A stretch of 64,000 nucleotides of DNA from Acidobacteriaceae bacterium (lineage in GTDB: Bacteria > Acidobacteriota > Terriglobia > Terriglobales > Acidobacteriaceae): positions 776,622 through 840,621 of the forward strand of contig CBDCLB010000002.1 in assembly GCA_965218545.1 (NCBI GenBank), read 5' to 3'. A program made the translations under genes and the position numbers. Under the pieces are notes generated by a model. That model was not told where the DNA came from and made no database searches. It saw only the letters and a program-made list of their open reading frames with translations. Shown here piece by piece: positions 1-8,750 of this stretch; the first letter of the stretch is position 1; each line of letters begins with the position of its first letter.

Positions 1-1
1 C

Positions 2-1411
2 CCGCTCTGCGTCGACCTGGATGGAACCCTCGTCAAGAACGACACCCTGGTAGATTCCCTCCTGGTCATGGTCCGCACCCACAGCCAAGCCCTCTTAAGC
101 GTTCCGGGGTGGATTCTCAAAGGAAAAGCGACGCTGAAGCGCGAGGTCACTGAGCGGGTTGAGCTCGACGCCGCGCACCTGCCTTACAACAAGCCGGTGC
201 TCGCCTATCTCGAACAGCAAAAAAGCCTGGGGCGCAGCCTTTTTCTGGCCACCGGAGCGGATCGCGTGCTCGCCGAGCGCGTGGCTCGGCACCTGGGGAT
301 TTTTGACGGCGTGCTCGCGAGCGACGGGGCGACCAACCTGACCGGCCACAACAAGCTCGCTTCGTTCGAGCGCCGTTTCGGCGCCGGTGGCTTCGATTAC
401 ATCGGCAACGCCCGTCCGGACGTGCCTCTGCTCACACACGCCCACACGCCCATGGTGGCAAACCCTGACTGCGCCCTACGGCGGGCTATCCGCGACCGCC
501 GCTTCGCACCGCAGCAGGTGTTTCTCGACCGCGCCTCGCCGATCCAGGCGCTTCGAAGGGCGATGCGGGTGCATCAGTGGGCAAAAAACGTCCTCATCTT
601 TGTGCCCCTTCTGCTGGCCCATGCTTTGCGCCTCGGCACGGTGCTCCAGGCAGTGGCGGCTTTTGTGTGCTTTTCGCTGTGCGCCTCGTCCACGTACATC
701 GTCAACGACCTGCTCGACATCGAAGCCGACCGCCGCCACCCCCGCAAGCGTCGCCGCCCGTTTGCCGCGGGTGACCTCCAGGCCAAAACAGGAATCCTGC
801 TTTCGGCTGCGCTGCTTGCCGCGTCCCTTACCATCGCCGCGCTGCTTTCCGGAGCATTCCTGGCCTACCTGCTGCTGTACCTCGTTTCCACGCTCTCCTA
901 CTCGCTGTATCTCAAGCGCATTGTGCTGGTCGATGTTGTGCTGCTTTCAGGCTTATACACATTGCGCCTGCTGGCCGGGGCGGCGGCCACTTCCATTCCC
1001 ATCTCGCCCTGGCTCGCGGGCTTTTCCGTCTTCCTGTTCCTGTCGCTCGCCATGGTCAAGCGCTTCGCCGAGCTCCAAAACATCCGCGCCGCGGGCCAGG
1101 TCCCTTCCAACGGCCGCGGCTACCTGCTTTCCGACATCGAGCAGATGCGCTCCTTCGGCACCGCCAGCGCCTATGCGTCCGTGGTGGTCTTTTCGCTGTA
1201 TATCAGCGGGGGCGACGTCACCAGCCTGTACCCCCACCCCCAGCGCATGTGGCTCATCACCCCCATCATGATCCTGTGGATCAGCCGCGTATGGCTCCTG
1301 GCCAGCCGGGGCGAGCTCGACGAAGACCCGGTAATCTTCGCGGTCACCGACCGCATGAGCCTTCTTCTCGGCTCCATTGCTGTGCTCGTGCTTTTCCTCG
1401 CTATCATCTAA
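2..1411 (+). CDS. HAD-like phosphatase fused to UbiA-family polyprenyl-phosphate (phospho)ribosyltransferase; 5' end outside window
   Basis: Frame 2 is open from the window edge, so the start lies upstream of the first ATG at 68. PLCVDLDGTLVKND is HAD motif I; later LATGAD, GHNK and IGNARPD fit HAD motifs II-IV. The multi-TM C-terminal half carries NDLLDIEADRRHPRKRRRPFAAG (UbiA NDxxDxxxD signature). Confidence 0.8.
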   Translation, partial: PLCVDLDGTLVKNDTLVDSLLVMVRTHSQALLSVPGWILKGKATLKREVTERVELDAAHLPYNKPVLAYLEQQKSLGRSLFLATGADRVLAERVARHLGIFDGVLASDGATNLTGHNKLASFERRFGAGGFDYIGNARPDVPLLTHAHTPMVANPDCALRRAIRDRRFAPQQVFLDRASPIQALRRAMRVHQWAKNVLIFVPLLLAHALRLGTVLQAVAAFVCFSLCASSTYIVNDLLDIEADRRHPRKRRRPFAAGDLQAKTGILLSAALLAASLTIAALLSGAFLAYLLLYLVSTLSYSLYLKRIVLVDVVLLSGLYTLRLLAGAAATSIPISPWLAGFSVFLFLSLAMVKRFAELQNIRAAGQVPSNGRGYLLSDIEQMRSFGTASAYASVVVFSLYISGGDVTSLYPHPQRMWLITPIMILWISRVWLLASRGELDEDPVIFAVTDRMSLLLGSIAVLVLFLAII

Positions 1412-2794
1412 GTGCGCGCTTTCAAGCGCGCGACCCGCACCGGAGCCCCAAATATGCCTGCAACCGTGGCCGAAAAGCCCGCCCCCCTACCCGCGTTTGA
1501 GTCCTGGGGCCGCTATCCCAAGCTCCGCGCCGACCTCCGCCCCCTTTCCTGGACCACTGACTTCCCGCCCAGGCAGGCCCTGCGCGGGCCCATGCTCCCG
1601 GTCGGGGCCGGGCGCTCCTATGGCGATGTTTGCCTGCTCGAGGACGGCACGCTGTTCCACGCGCGCGGCATGGACCACATGCTTCACTTTGACCCCGCAA
1701 CTGGAATCCTGCGCTGCGAGGCCGGCGTCCTGCTGTCGGAGATTCTCGATTTCGCCGTCCCGCTCGGCTTTTTTTTGCCCGTCACTCCAGGCACTAAGTA
1801 CGTTACCGTCGGCGGCGCGATCGCGAACGACATCCACGGCAAAAACCACCACATCGCCGGAACCTTCGGCTGCCATGTGCTCCGTTTTGAGCTGGTGCGG
1901 TCGGACGGCTCGCGCCTGATCTGCTCGCACCGCGAAAATCGCGACTGGTTCGCCATGACCATTGGTGGCATGGGGCTTACCGGCCTCATCACCTGGGCCG
2001 AGGTCAGGCTGCGGCCCATTGTTTCCCGCAAGATGAATTACCAGGGCGACAAGTTTGTCGGCATCGGCGAGTTCATCGAGCTTTCCCAGAAAGCCGCAAA
2101 CGTGGAGTACACCGTTTCCTGGATTGACTGCGTGTCCACCGGCAAGAACTTCGCGCGCGGCATTTTTATGCAGGGCACGCACTCGGAAAAACCCGATACG
2201 CTCCGTCGCTCCAAAGAGCCGAAACTCGTCTTCCCCGTCGACCTGCCCGAGTGGGCGCTCAACAAATACTCAATCGGCCTGTTCAACTTTGCGTACTATA
2301 ACAAGCAGCGCGGCAAGACCGTTACCTCGCTCGTGGACTACGAGCCGTTCTTCTATCCTTTGGACTCAGTGCTGAAGTGGAACCGCATGTACGGCAAAAA
2401 GGGCCTGCTGCAGTTTCAGTGCGTCCTGCCCTGGGATGAAGACCAGCGCGGCATCACGCAGATCATGAAGGCGATCACCGGCTCCGGCCTTGCGTCGTTC
2501 CTGGCCGTGCTCAAGGTGTGCGGCGACATCCCTTCGCCCGGCTTTATGAGCTTCCCAAAGCCCGGCATCACGCTCGCGCTCGACTTCCCCATCCGCGAGG
2601 AGGTCTCCTTTGACCTGCTCAACCGGCTCGCCAACATCACGCTCGACCACGGCGGAAGGATGTACCCGGCCAAGGATGCGACCATGACCGCCGCCCAGTA
2701 CCAAGCGTTTTACCCGCAGTGGGAGCGGTTTGCCGCTTATGTCGATCCGGCATTCGATTCGGCTTTCTGGCGGAGGGTTACAGGGCGTGGCTAG
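1412..2794 (+). CDS. FAD-binding (PCMH-type) oxidase, DprE1-like
   Basis: VGAGRSYGDVCL matches the GRSYGD flavin-binding motif of the DprE1/alditol-oxidase class, and the ~460 aa size fits. GTG 1412 directly abuts the upstream TAA; ATG 1454 is an alternative start. Confidence 0.8.
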   Translation: MRAFKRATRTGAPNMPATVAEKPAPLPAFESWGRYPKLRADLRPLSWTTDFPPRQALRGPMLPVGAGRSYGDVCLLEDGTLFHARGMDHMLHFDPATGILRCEAGVLLSEILDFAVPLGFFLPVTPGTKYVTVGGAIANDIHGKNHHIAGTFGCHVLRFELVRSDGSRLICSHRENRDWFAMTIGGMGLTGLITWAEVRLRPIVSRKMNYQGDKFVGIGEFIELSQKAANVEYTVSWIDCVSTGKNFARGIFMQGTHSEKPDTLRRSKEPKLVFPVDLPEWALNKYSIGLFNFAYYNKQRGKTVTSLVDYEPFFYPLDSVLKWNRMYGKKGLLQFQCVLPWDEDQRGITQIMKAITGSGLASFLAVLKVCGDIPSPGFMSFPKPGITLALDFPIREEVSFDLLNRLANITLDHGGRMYPAKDATMTAAQYQAFYPQWERFAAYVDPAFDSAFWRRVTGRG

Positions 2795-3548
2795 GCGTGA
2801 ACCCGTCAAACCCAATAAGGTCCTCGTCCTCGGCGCCACTTCCGCGATAGCCCAGGCCACCGCGCGCCTCCTTGCCGACCGGGGAGCGAGCTTTTTTCTC
2901 GTCGCGCGCGATCCCTATAAGCTGGGCGCCGTCGTGGCCGACCTCCAAACCCGCGGCGCAAGGGAGGTTTACTCGCTCACGCTCGACCTCGACAACCCCG
3001 CCGAGCACCCCATGATTCTCGACTCGGCCGTGCAAATCCTGGGCTCGATCGACCTGGCGCTGCTCGCTCACGGTGTGCTTGGCGACCAGCGCGCCGCTCA
3101 ACACGACCCCGCCGTGGCCGAAGCGATTTACCGGACGAATTTTCTTTCGCCCGCCTCGCTCATTACGCTGCTTGCGAACTACTTTGAACTGCGCGGCGGG
3201 GGCTGCCTGGCCGTGATCTCGTCCGTTGCCGGGGACCGCGGACGCAAAAGCAACTACGTTTACGGGGCATCCAAGGGCGCGCTTTCGATTCTGCTCGATG
3301 GGGTGCGCAACCGCGTGGACCGCGCCGGGGTTCACGTGCTCACGATAAAGCCCGGCTTTGTCGCGACCCCCATGACCGCGCACCTCCCGCGCGGCCCCTT
3401 GTTCGCAGAGCCGCGCGCGATCGGCCGGGGCATTCTCCGCGCCGTCGCCCGACGCCGCGATACCGTGTATCTCCCAGGTTTCTGGCGGCCCGTCATGTTC
3501 GCGGTGCGGAGCATTCCCGGGCGCGTTTTCAAGAATTGGAACATGTAG
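2787..3548 (+). CDS. short-chain dehydrogenase/reductase, DprE2-like
   Basis: KVLVLGATSAIAQATARLL is the Rossmann motif and YGASK is the YxxxK catalytic motif. GTG 2787 overlaps the upstream stop by 8 nt. The longest ORF (from 2730) would overlap by 65 nt, so the shorter start is preferred. Confidence 0.75.
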   Translation: MARREPVKPNKVLVLGATSAIAQATARLLADRGASFFLVARDPYKLGAVVADLQTRGAREVYSLTLDLDNPAEHPMILDSAVQILGSIDLALLAHGVLGDQRAAQHDPAVAEAIYRTNFLSPASLITLLANYFELRGGGCLAVISSVAGDRGRKSNYVYGASKGALSILLDGVRNRVDRAGVHVLTIKPGFVATPMTAHLPRGPLFAEPRAIGRGILRAVARRRDTVYLPGFWRPVMFAVRSIPGRVFKNWNM

Positions 3549-3663
3549 CCCTCCCCCCGGGGCAAAAAGGGACTGGTCCGCTATCCGGGCACATAGATCG
3601 AGCGAATTGTTACAATCGTGTAAATGCGCGTCGGCTTAGCGCAAAGTTGGGATTTGCTCGGCT

Positions 3664-4215
3664 ATGAATATCTACATCCTTCGCCACGCCAGCGCGGGCA
3701 CTCGCCGCGCCAACCCTCTCGTGGATGTGAAACGTCCGCTCGACAAAGAGGGCAAGGGGCAGTGTCTGCTGGTCGGCAGCTATCTCAACGCGCTCAAGGT
3801 GCATTTCGACCTGATTGCCTCCAGCCCCCTAAAGCGGGCCATGCAAACCGCCTCGCTGGTTGGCACGGAGGTCGGCTACGAGAGCAGGGTTCAGGCGACC
3901 GATGCCCTGCGACCTGAAACCTCGACCGCCGCGTTTCAAACCTTTATCAACGAACTCAGTGGGCAGGAAAACGTGCTGTTGGTAGGGCACAACCCAAACC
4001 TGCCGTTGTTTCTAGGGTCGCTCATCATGAACGGCAGCGCGGCTCCGGGCCGTGCGGCGATCCGCTTGCGTAAGGGCGCGATCGCGCGCATCGACCTCAC
4101 CCGCCGTCCGGGCATGCTGCACTGGCTGGTAGATCCTCGCATCCTTCGCGGCGTGTATGGCAGTGCCACCAAGCCCGTGAGGCGGCGGGCGCTCAAGACG
4201 CCCGGCAAGGGGTGA
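3664..4215 (+). CDS. sixA: histidine-phosphatase superfamily protein, SixA-like
   Basis: N-terminal IYILRHASAG (RHx catalytic motif) and LVGHNPNL (second His motif); the ~180 aa size is typical of SixA. Confidence 0.75.
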   Translation: MNIYILRHASAGTRRANPLVDVKRPLDKEGKGQCLLVGSYLNALKVHFDLIASSPLKRAMQTASLVGTEVGYESRVQATDALRPETSTAAFQTFINELSGQENVLLVGHNPNLPLFLGSLIMNGSAAPGRAAIRLRKGAIARIDLTRRPGMLHWLVDPRILRGVYGSATKPVRRRALKTPGKG

Positions 4216-4239
4216 AGCCGAGCGCGGCGCCTGCTATTC

Positions 4240-6261
4240 TTGGCGTCGAGCAGCCGATCGAAAGCCGCAATCCCGATCCGCCCGGAACAGGAAGCTTTGT
4301 CGACCACCCAACCCTCCGAATTCTCCTTGGCACCCGAACCCACACTGCCCCGCTCGCCCCGGAAAGCCTGGACGCTGCTGTTGCTTTTGTTCCTGGCGGT
4401 CCACTTTGCGGCGCTCTTTTCTCCGGCACTGCTGGACGACGCGGACGCAACCCATGCACAGGCCGCGGCCCACATTGCCCGTACGGGTGACTGGGTCACG
4501 CTGTATGTCAACGGGATCCGGTACCTTGAAAAGCCGCCGCTTCCCTACTGGCTCGCCGCGATCGGCTATCACCTGTTTGGCTACGACGTGTTTGCGACCC
4601 ACCTGCCGATGACGCTCGCCGTGCTGGGGAATGCGATCCTGGCCTGGGTGTGGGCGAGGCGGGCGTGGGGGGACCGGGCGGCGTTTTATGCAGCGCTGAT
4701 GATGCTTACTGCCGTGGGTGTGTTTCTGTTTACACGGATCTTTATCCCTGAATCGATCTTGAGCTTTCTCGTCGCGCTGGCGCTTTGGGCGTTCTTGACC
4801 TCGCTTGAGGACCGCAAGCCGAACCGGATGTACCTGGCGTACGGCTCGCTAGGGCTGGCTCTGCTGGCCAAGGGGCTGATCGCGCCGGTGTTTTTCGGAG
4901 CGGCGGTTGTGTTCTACCTGCTGATTACGGGCGATTGGCGGCGGTGGCGGGAGTTCCGCTTGGGAACCGGCATCTTGCTGTTCCTGGCCATCGGGGCACC
5001 CTGGCATGTGTTGGCGGCGCTCAGAAATCCGGACCACGGCCACCCGGTCGGCAATGTGCCCACATTCGGGAACGTACACGGTTTCCTGTACTTCTACTTC
5101 GTCAACGAACACTTCCTGCGTTTCCTGGGCAAGCGCTACCCGCACGACTACAACAAGCAGCCGGGGTGGGTTTTTTGGGTCGGGCACCTGGCCTGGCTGT
5201 TTCCGTGGTGCCTGTTCTTCCCTGCCGCGCTCGTGCGTCTGTGGTCGCGGCGTAAGCAGCTTTGGGCGGGGCTCTTCCCGGACCGTACCGATACGCTGAC
5301 CTGGCTCGATGAGCACCCAACCGCATTTCACGCTGCGTTCGCGGCGCGGGGGGAGCGTTTCCGGGCGCGAACCACGCTCCTCTTAGGCCTTTACGCCGGG
5401 TTCATTCTGATCTTTTTTTCGCTTTCCACCAACCAGGAGTACTACACCTGGCCGGCTTACTTTGCGCTTCTGGTGCTCCTAGCCGGCTCGTTGGCATTGC
5501 AGGAGCGGCCTTCGCTGGGGCTCCGCGTAAGCAGCGGCTGGCTGCAGGCCGGGTTTTGGGCGTTCGCTGTGGTGGGTGTCGGGTGCGCGGCGGCGCTGGG
5601 CTACGGGCTTTGGAGCTCGCGGGGGCTCCCCTTTGTTCCGGACATCGGCACGCTGCTGGCGCACCGCGGGGTAGGCGACTATTCACTCTCGATGTCGCAC
5701 TTTTTCGACCTGACGGGGCCTTCGTTCGCGGCGCTGCGGGAGCCTGCGGTGCTGGCGGCCGTTGCGCTGTTTTTCGGCCCGCTCGGGGCGCTTTGGCTGC
5801 GGCGGCGCGGACACACGTTTGAGGCTACGGCTTCGGTCGGGCTCACCATGGCGGTGTTTCTGGTGGCCGCGCACATCGGCTTAGTGCGCTTTCAACCGCT
5901 GCTTTCTTCGCGCACCATGGCAAAGATTGTGAACGCAGCGCACGACCCGCGGGCACAGCTCATCGTGTACGGCGACCAGGCGAACGCTTCGTCGCTGATC
6001 TTCTACACACACAAGCAGGCGCTGCTGGTCAATGGGCGGACGTCCTCGATGATTTGGGGATCGTTTTACCCGGACGCGCCGCATATCTTTTTGGTGGACG
6101 CGGACTTGGTGCGCATGTGGCGGGCGGCTGAGGGGACCGGGCAGCGGCTATGGCTGTACGTGCCGCCGGAGGACAACGCGCATGTGCGGGCGCTGCTCGC
6201 CCGGCTGCCGCTGGTGGATGTGAAGGAGTTGTCGGACCGGACCTTGTATAGCAATCGGTAA
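4240..6261 (+). CDS. GT-C fold glycosyltransferase, ArnT/PMT_2 (GT39/GT83-like)
   Basis: 673 aa with many hydrophobic segments. The first periplasmic loop carries YLEKPPLPYWL, typical of ArnT/PMT-family lipid-phospho-sugar-dependent transferases. Confidence 0.8.
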   Translation: MASSSRSKAAIPIRPEQEALSTTQPSEFSLAPEPTLPRSPRKAWTLLLLLFLAVHFAALFSPALLDDADATHAQAAAHIARTGDWVTLYVNGIRYLEKPPLPYWLAAIGYHLFGYDVFATHLPMTLAVLGNAILAWVWARRAWGDRAAFYAALMMLTAVGVFLFTRIFIPESILSFLVALALWAFLTSLEDRKPNRMYLAYGSLGLALLAKGLIAPVFFGAAVVFYLLITGDWRRWREFRLGTGILLFLAIGAPWHVLAALRNPDHGHPVGNVPTFGNVHGFLYFYFVNEHFLRFLGKRYPHDYNKQPGWVFWVGHLAWLFPWCLFFPAALVRLWSRRKQLWAGLFPDRTDTLTWLDEHPTAFHAAFAARGERFRARTTLLLGLYAGFILIFFSLSTNQEYYTWPAYFALLVLLAGSLALQERPSLGLRVSSGWLQAGFWAFAVVGVGCAAALGYGLWSSRGLPFVPDIGTLLAHRGVGDYSLSMSHFFDLTGPSFAALREPAVLAAVALFFGPLGALWLRRRGHTFEATASVGLTMAVFLVAAHIGLVRFQPLLSSRTMAKIVNAAHDPRAQLIVYGDQANASSLIFYTHKQALLVNGRTSSMIWGSFYPDAPHIFLVDADLVRMWRAAEGTGQRLWLYVPPEDNAHVRALLARLPLVDVKELSDRTLYSNR

Positions 6262-6384
6262 GGCAGTTGACTGCGACTCAGCAGCTCATCCACTCATCAG
6301 CTTCACTCCCGACAAACTGGGGCGGCTGCGTTCCGTTTTGGTATTTCGGAAATTACCTCGGTACTTAGCGCTTACATTCTGCGA

Positions 6385-6939
6385 TTGTTTCAATTCCGGA
6401 TCGGAACTATTCTCCGCGACAGAGGCGTGGGAAACGTGTCATTCACAACCAAAACCGGAATCTTGCAGAGTGTCTTGGTAGCTTTGCTGGTCGTAACCTG
6501 CTCAGTGAAGATCACCTATGCTCAAGGCGGGCAAAGCGTTTCTGCTGAGATTAGAGTGCAGCAGGATCGCGAAACGAGACGCGCTCAATTTGAGATGGCA
6601 AGCAAGTGCGCGCGGGAGGCCAGGCGTCAATTTGAGTACCAAGGATACAGAATTGACGCTCACACTACTTTCACCAATCGCTACAATCCTCAGTCCAATC
6701 ATTGCTTTTTTGAGATCGATTCCAGCCAGCCTTTTAAAGGCGAGCTGACCGAAACGAAGTTTTTAGCTGATGCCGTCGAGGGCAAAGTGTTGGGAAGATA
6801 TTCCTGGATGAGCAGGCCCGGCAAGCAGTTTTGGGAGGTTGAGCCCAACATATGCTCTGTAACTATGCCGTCCGGTGAGGAAAAGGATTGCAGCTCGGAG
6901 CATGAGTTCGATGCACTGGTGGCTCAATACATGCGTTAG
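6385..6939 (+). CDS. hypothetical exported Cys-containing protein (low-GC ORFan)
   Basis: ORF in a visibly lower-GC stretch with an N-terminal hydrophobic segment (ILQSVLVALLVVTCSVKITYAQG). The start is uncertain: TTG 6385, or GTG 6427/6436. No recognisable family. Confidence 0.45.
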   Translation: MFQFRIGTILRDRGVGNVSFTTKTGILQSVLVALLVVTCSVKITYAQGGQSVSAEIRVQQDRETRRAQFEMASKCAREARRQFEYQGYRIDAHTTFTNRYNPQSNHCFFEIDSSQPFKGELTETKFLADAVEGKVLGRYSWMSRPGKQFWEVEPNICSVTMPSGEEKDCSSEHEFDALVAQYMR

Positions 6940-6967
6940 CTCCAAAGTCATTCACGCGGTTCTTCCC

Positions 6968-8152
6968 TCAATCTTGAGCGCTTTGCATCAGGCCGTGCTC
7001 GCCAAGCCGGTAGAGGTGGCCGCGCCAGAGAATGGTACCGCTGGTGTAGCTAGCTGCCCAGTAAAAAAAGCCCATGAGGTCGCGGAGGGGGTAAAGCAGC
7101 GTGGTGCGGAGGAGGGCTCGCTCCCCGACAACGGTTTTGCCTATGAGTAGGGCAAGCGTCATGCGGGATAAAACAGCGTAAAGCAGGAGGTCGGCACCGA
7201 GGAAGGCGTGGCGGAGCAGGGCGGCGGCCGCGCAGGCGAGCAGGCCGAAGGGGACCGCAAAGGTGAGCCCCGTGCCGAAATGGCCCTTGGGGCGGGAAAA
7301 GCGGGTGCTCTTCATCCAGCGAATCTGGTGCTTGATGCTGGTGAGGAAGGTGAGGTTGAGCACGATGTGGTCGATAACATGGCGGCTCAACATAACTTTG
7401 TAGCCCAACGCGGCTACCCAGTTCCCGAGCAGGAAGTCGTCGGAGCAGTAGGGGCCGAGCTTCGCGAAGCCGCCCATGCGGTGCACGGCCGCGCGGCGGA
7501 CAGCCATAGTGGGGCCAAGCAGGAACTGCATGCCCTCAACAAGGTTGGCGGCGAGGACCCCGGAGGTCATCTCGACAGACATGCCGGAGGCCTCAAGCTT
7601 GGCCCATAGGCCGCGCTCGGCGATGCCGCGGTACAGGCAGGTAACGGCACCGACCTCGGGATCGCGAAAGTCGGAGGCGACCTCGCGTATATAGTTCGGG
7701 GAAACGCGAACATCGGAGTCGCTGATGATGAAGATGTCGTAGGTGGCGGCGGCCCCCATGCGCTCAAGAGAGCTGACCTTGGCGTTGACGAAGGGGGGCC
7801 CTTGCACGGCGAGGAACTGGGTGGGGATCTGTGGGTAGTCAGCCGCAACGGCGCGGGCGATCGACAGGCCGGGGTCGTGGGGATGGCGGGCGCAGAAGAG
7901 GATTTCGAAGGGGCCGGCGTAGTCCTGCTCGAAAAAGGTGCGGATGTGCGCGGCGAGGCCGGGCTCGGTGCCGTGGAGGGGCTTGAACAGCGAAACAGGG
8001 GGCGCGAAGACGGGGGCCAGAACATCGTGGCGGGCCATCTCAGAGCGTCGGCGTTCGCGGAGAAAGCGAAGAACACCGACGGCAACCATGCCGGCGAAGA
8101 CAGACGAGGTAAGGAGGCCGAAGATGCCGAGAATGAGGAGAAGTGTGAGCAT
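6968..8152 (-). CDS. GT2-superfamily glycosyltransferase, Glyco_transf_21 / HpnI-like (ceramide glucosyltransferase family)
   Basis: N-terminal TM, then PVSLFKPLHGTEPGL...DIFIISDSDVRV...AVTCLYRG. This is the pattern seen in HpnI/ceramide glucosyltransferase-type enzymes, followed by C-terminal TM helices. Confidence 0.7.
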   Translation of the reverse strand: MLTLLLILGIFGLLTSSVFAGMVAVGVLRFLRERRRSEMARHDVLAPVFAPPVSLFKPLHGTEPGLAAHIRTFFEQDYAGPFEILFCARHPHDPGLSIARAVAADYPQIPTQFLAVQGPPFVNAKVSSLERMGAAATYDIFIISDSDVRVSPNYIREVASDFRDPEVGAVTCLYRGIAERGLWAKLEASGMSVEMTSGVLAANLVEGMQFLLGPTMAVRRAAVHRMGGFAKLGPYCSDDFLLGNWVAALGYKVMLSRHVIDHIVLNLTFLTSIKHQIRWMKSTRFSRPKGHFGTGLTFAVPFGLLACAAAALLRHAFLGADLLLYAVLSRMTLALLIGKTVVGERALLRTTLLYPLRDLMGFFYWAASYTSGTILWRGHLYRLGEHGLMQSAQD

Positions 8153-8180
8153 GCGCGCCGTGACCAGAGTACCCTACCGG

Positions 8181-8579
8181 CTAGCGCCTGGTACGGCCGG
8201 GGGTAACAACAGTTGGCCGGCGTAACGGTACCAGGGCGACGGGACCTGCTTCCGGCGCGACTTGCATGCGGGCGATCATCTCGGAGCGGACGTAGTCGAC
8301 AAAGCCCTGCATTTGGCGGTTCATCTCCTCCATGCGCTCGCGCATTTGCAGGATGATGGCGATGCCGGAAATGTTGACGCCGAGGTCGCGGGCGAGATTG
8401 AGAATAAACTCCAGCCGCTCGAGATCGTCGTCAGTGTACATACGGGTGTTCCCTTCGGTGCGGGAAGGCTTGAGGAGACCTTCGCGCTCGTAAAGGCGGA
8501 GGGTTTGGGGGTGGATTTCGTACATCTCCGCAACGGAGGAGATCATGTAGGCGCCTTTGGTTTTGCGTTTGGTGGGCAT
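8181..8579 (-). CDS. hspR: MerR-family heat-shock repressor HspR
   Basis: YMISSVAEMYEIHPQTLRLYEREGLLKPSRTEGNTRMYTDDDLERLEFI is a MerR HTH as in HspR, and the gene lies downstream of dnaJ. ATG 8579 is preceded by AAAGGAGAA; the longer ORF to 8753 would run through the repeat elements. Confidence 0.85.
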   Translation of the reverse strand: MPTKRKTKGAYMISSVAEMYEIHPQTLRLYEREGLLKPSRTEGNTRMYTDDDLERLEFILNLARDLGVNISGIAIILQMRERMEEMNRQMQGFVDYVRSEMIARMQVAPEAGPVALVPLRRPTVVTPGRTRR

Positions 8580-8615
8580 GGGTTTCTCCTTTCGGGCGGC
8601 AAAAGCAATTCTAAG

Positions 8616-8650
8616 ACCGCCTGCGCGGCTGGCGGCCACTTCGTGGCGGG
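8616..8650 (+). repeat. GC-rich ~36-nt intergenic repeat, copy A (REP-like)
   Basis: ACCGCCTGCGCGGCTGGCGGCCACTTCGTGGCGGG is near-identical to copy C at 51563-51598 and is the inverted partner of copy B. It contains two small hairpins, CCGC-N4-GCGG and GCCAC-TTC-GTGGC. Confidence 0.7.
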
Positions 8651-8750
8651 TACTTGGCCTTGCGCGGCGCTCCCGCTGGTCGCGATTGACATTGCTCGCC
8701 CCGACGAACGGGAGGGCCCCAGTAGTGTATGGTGCGACCATCAACGAGAG

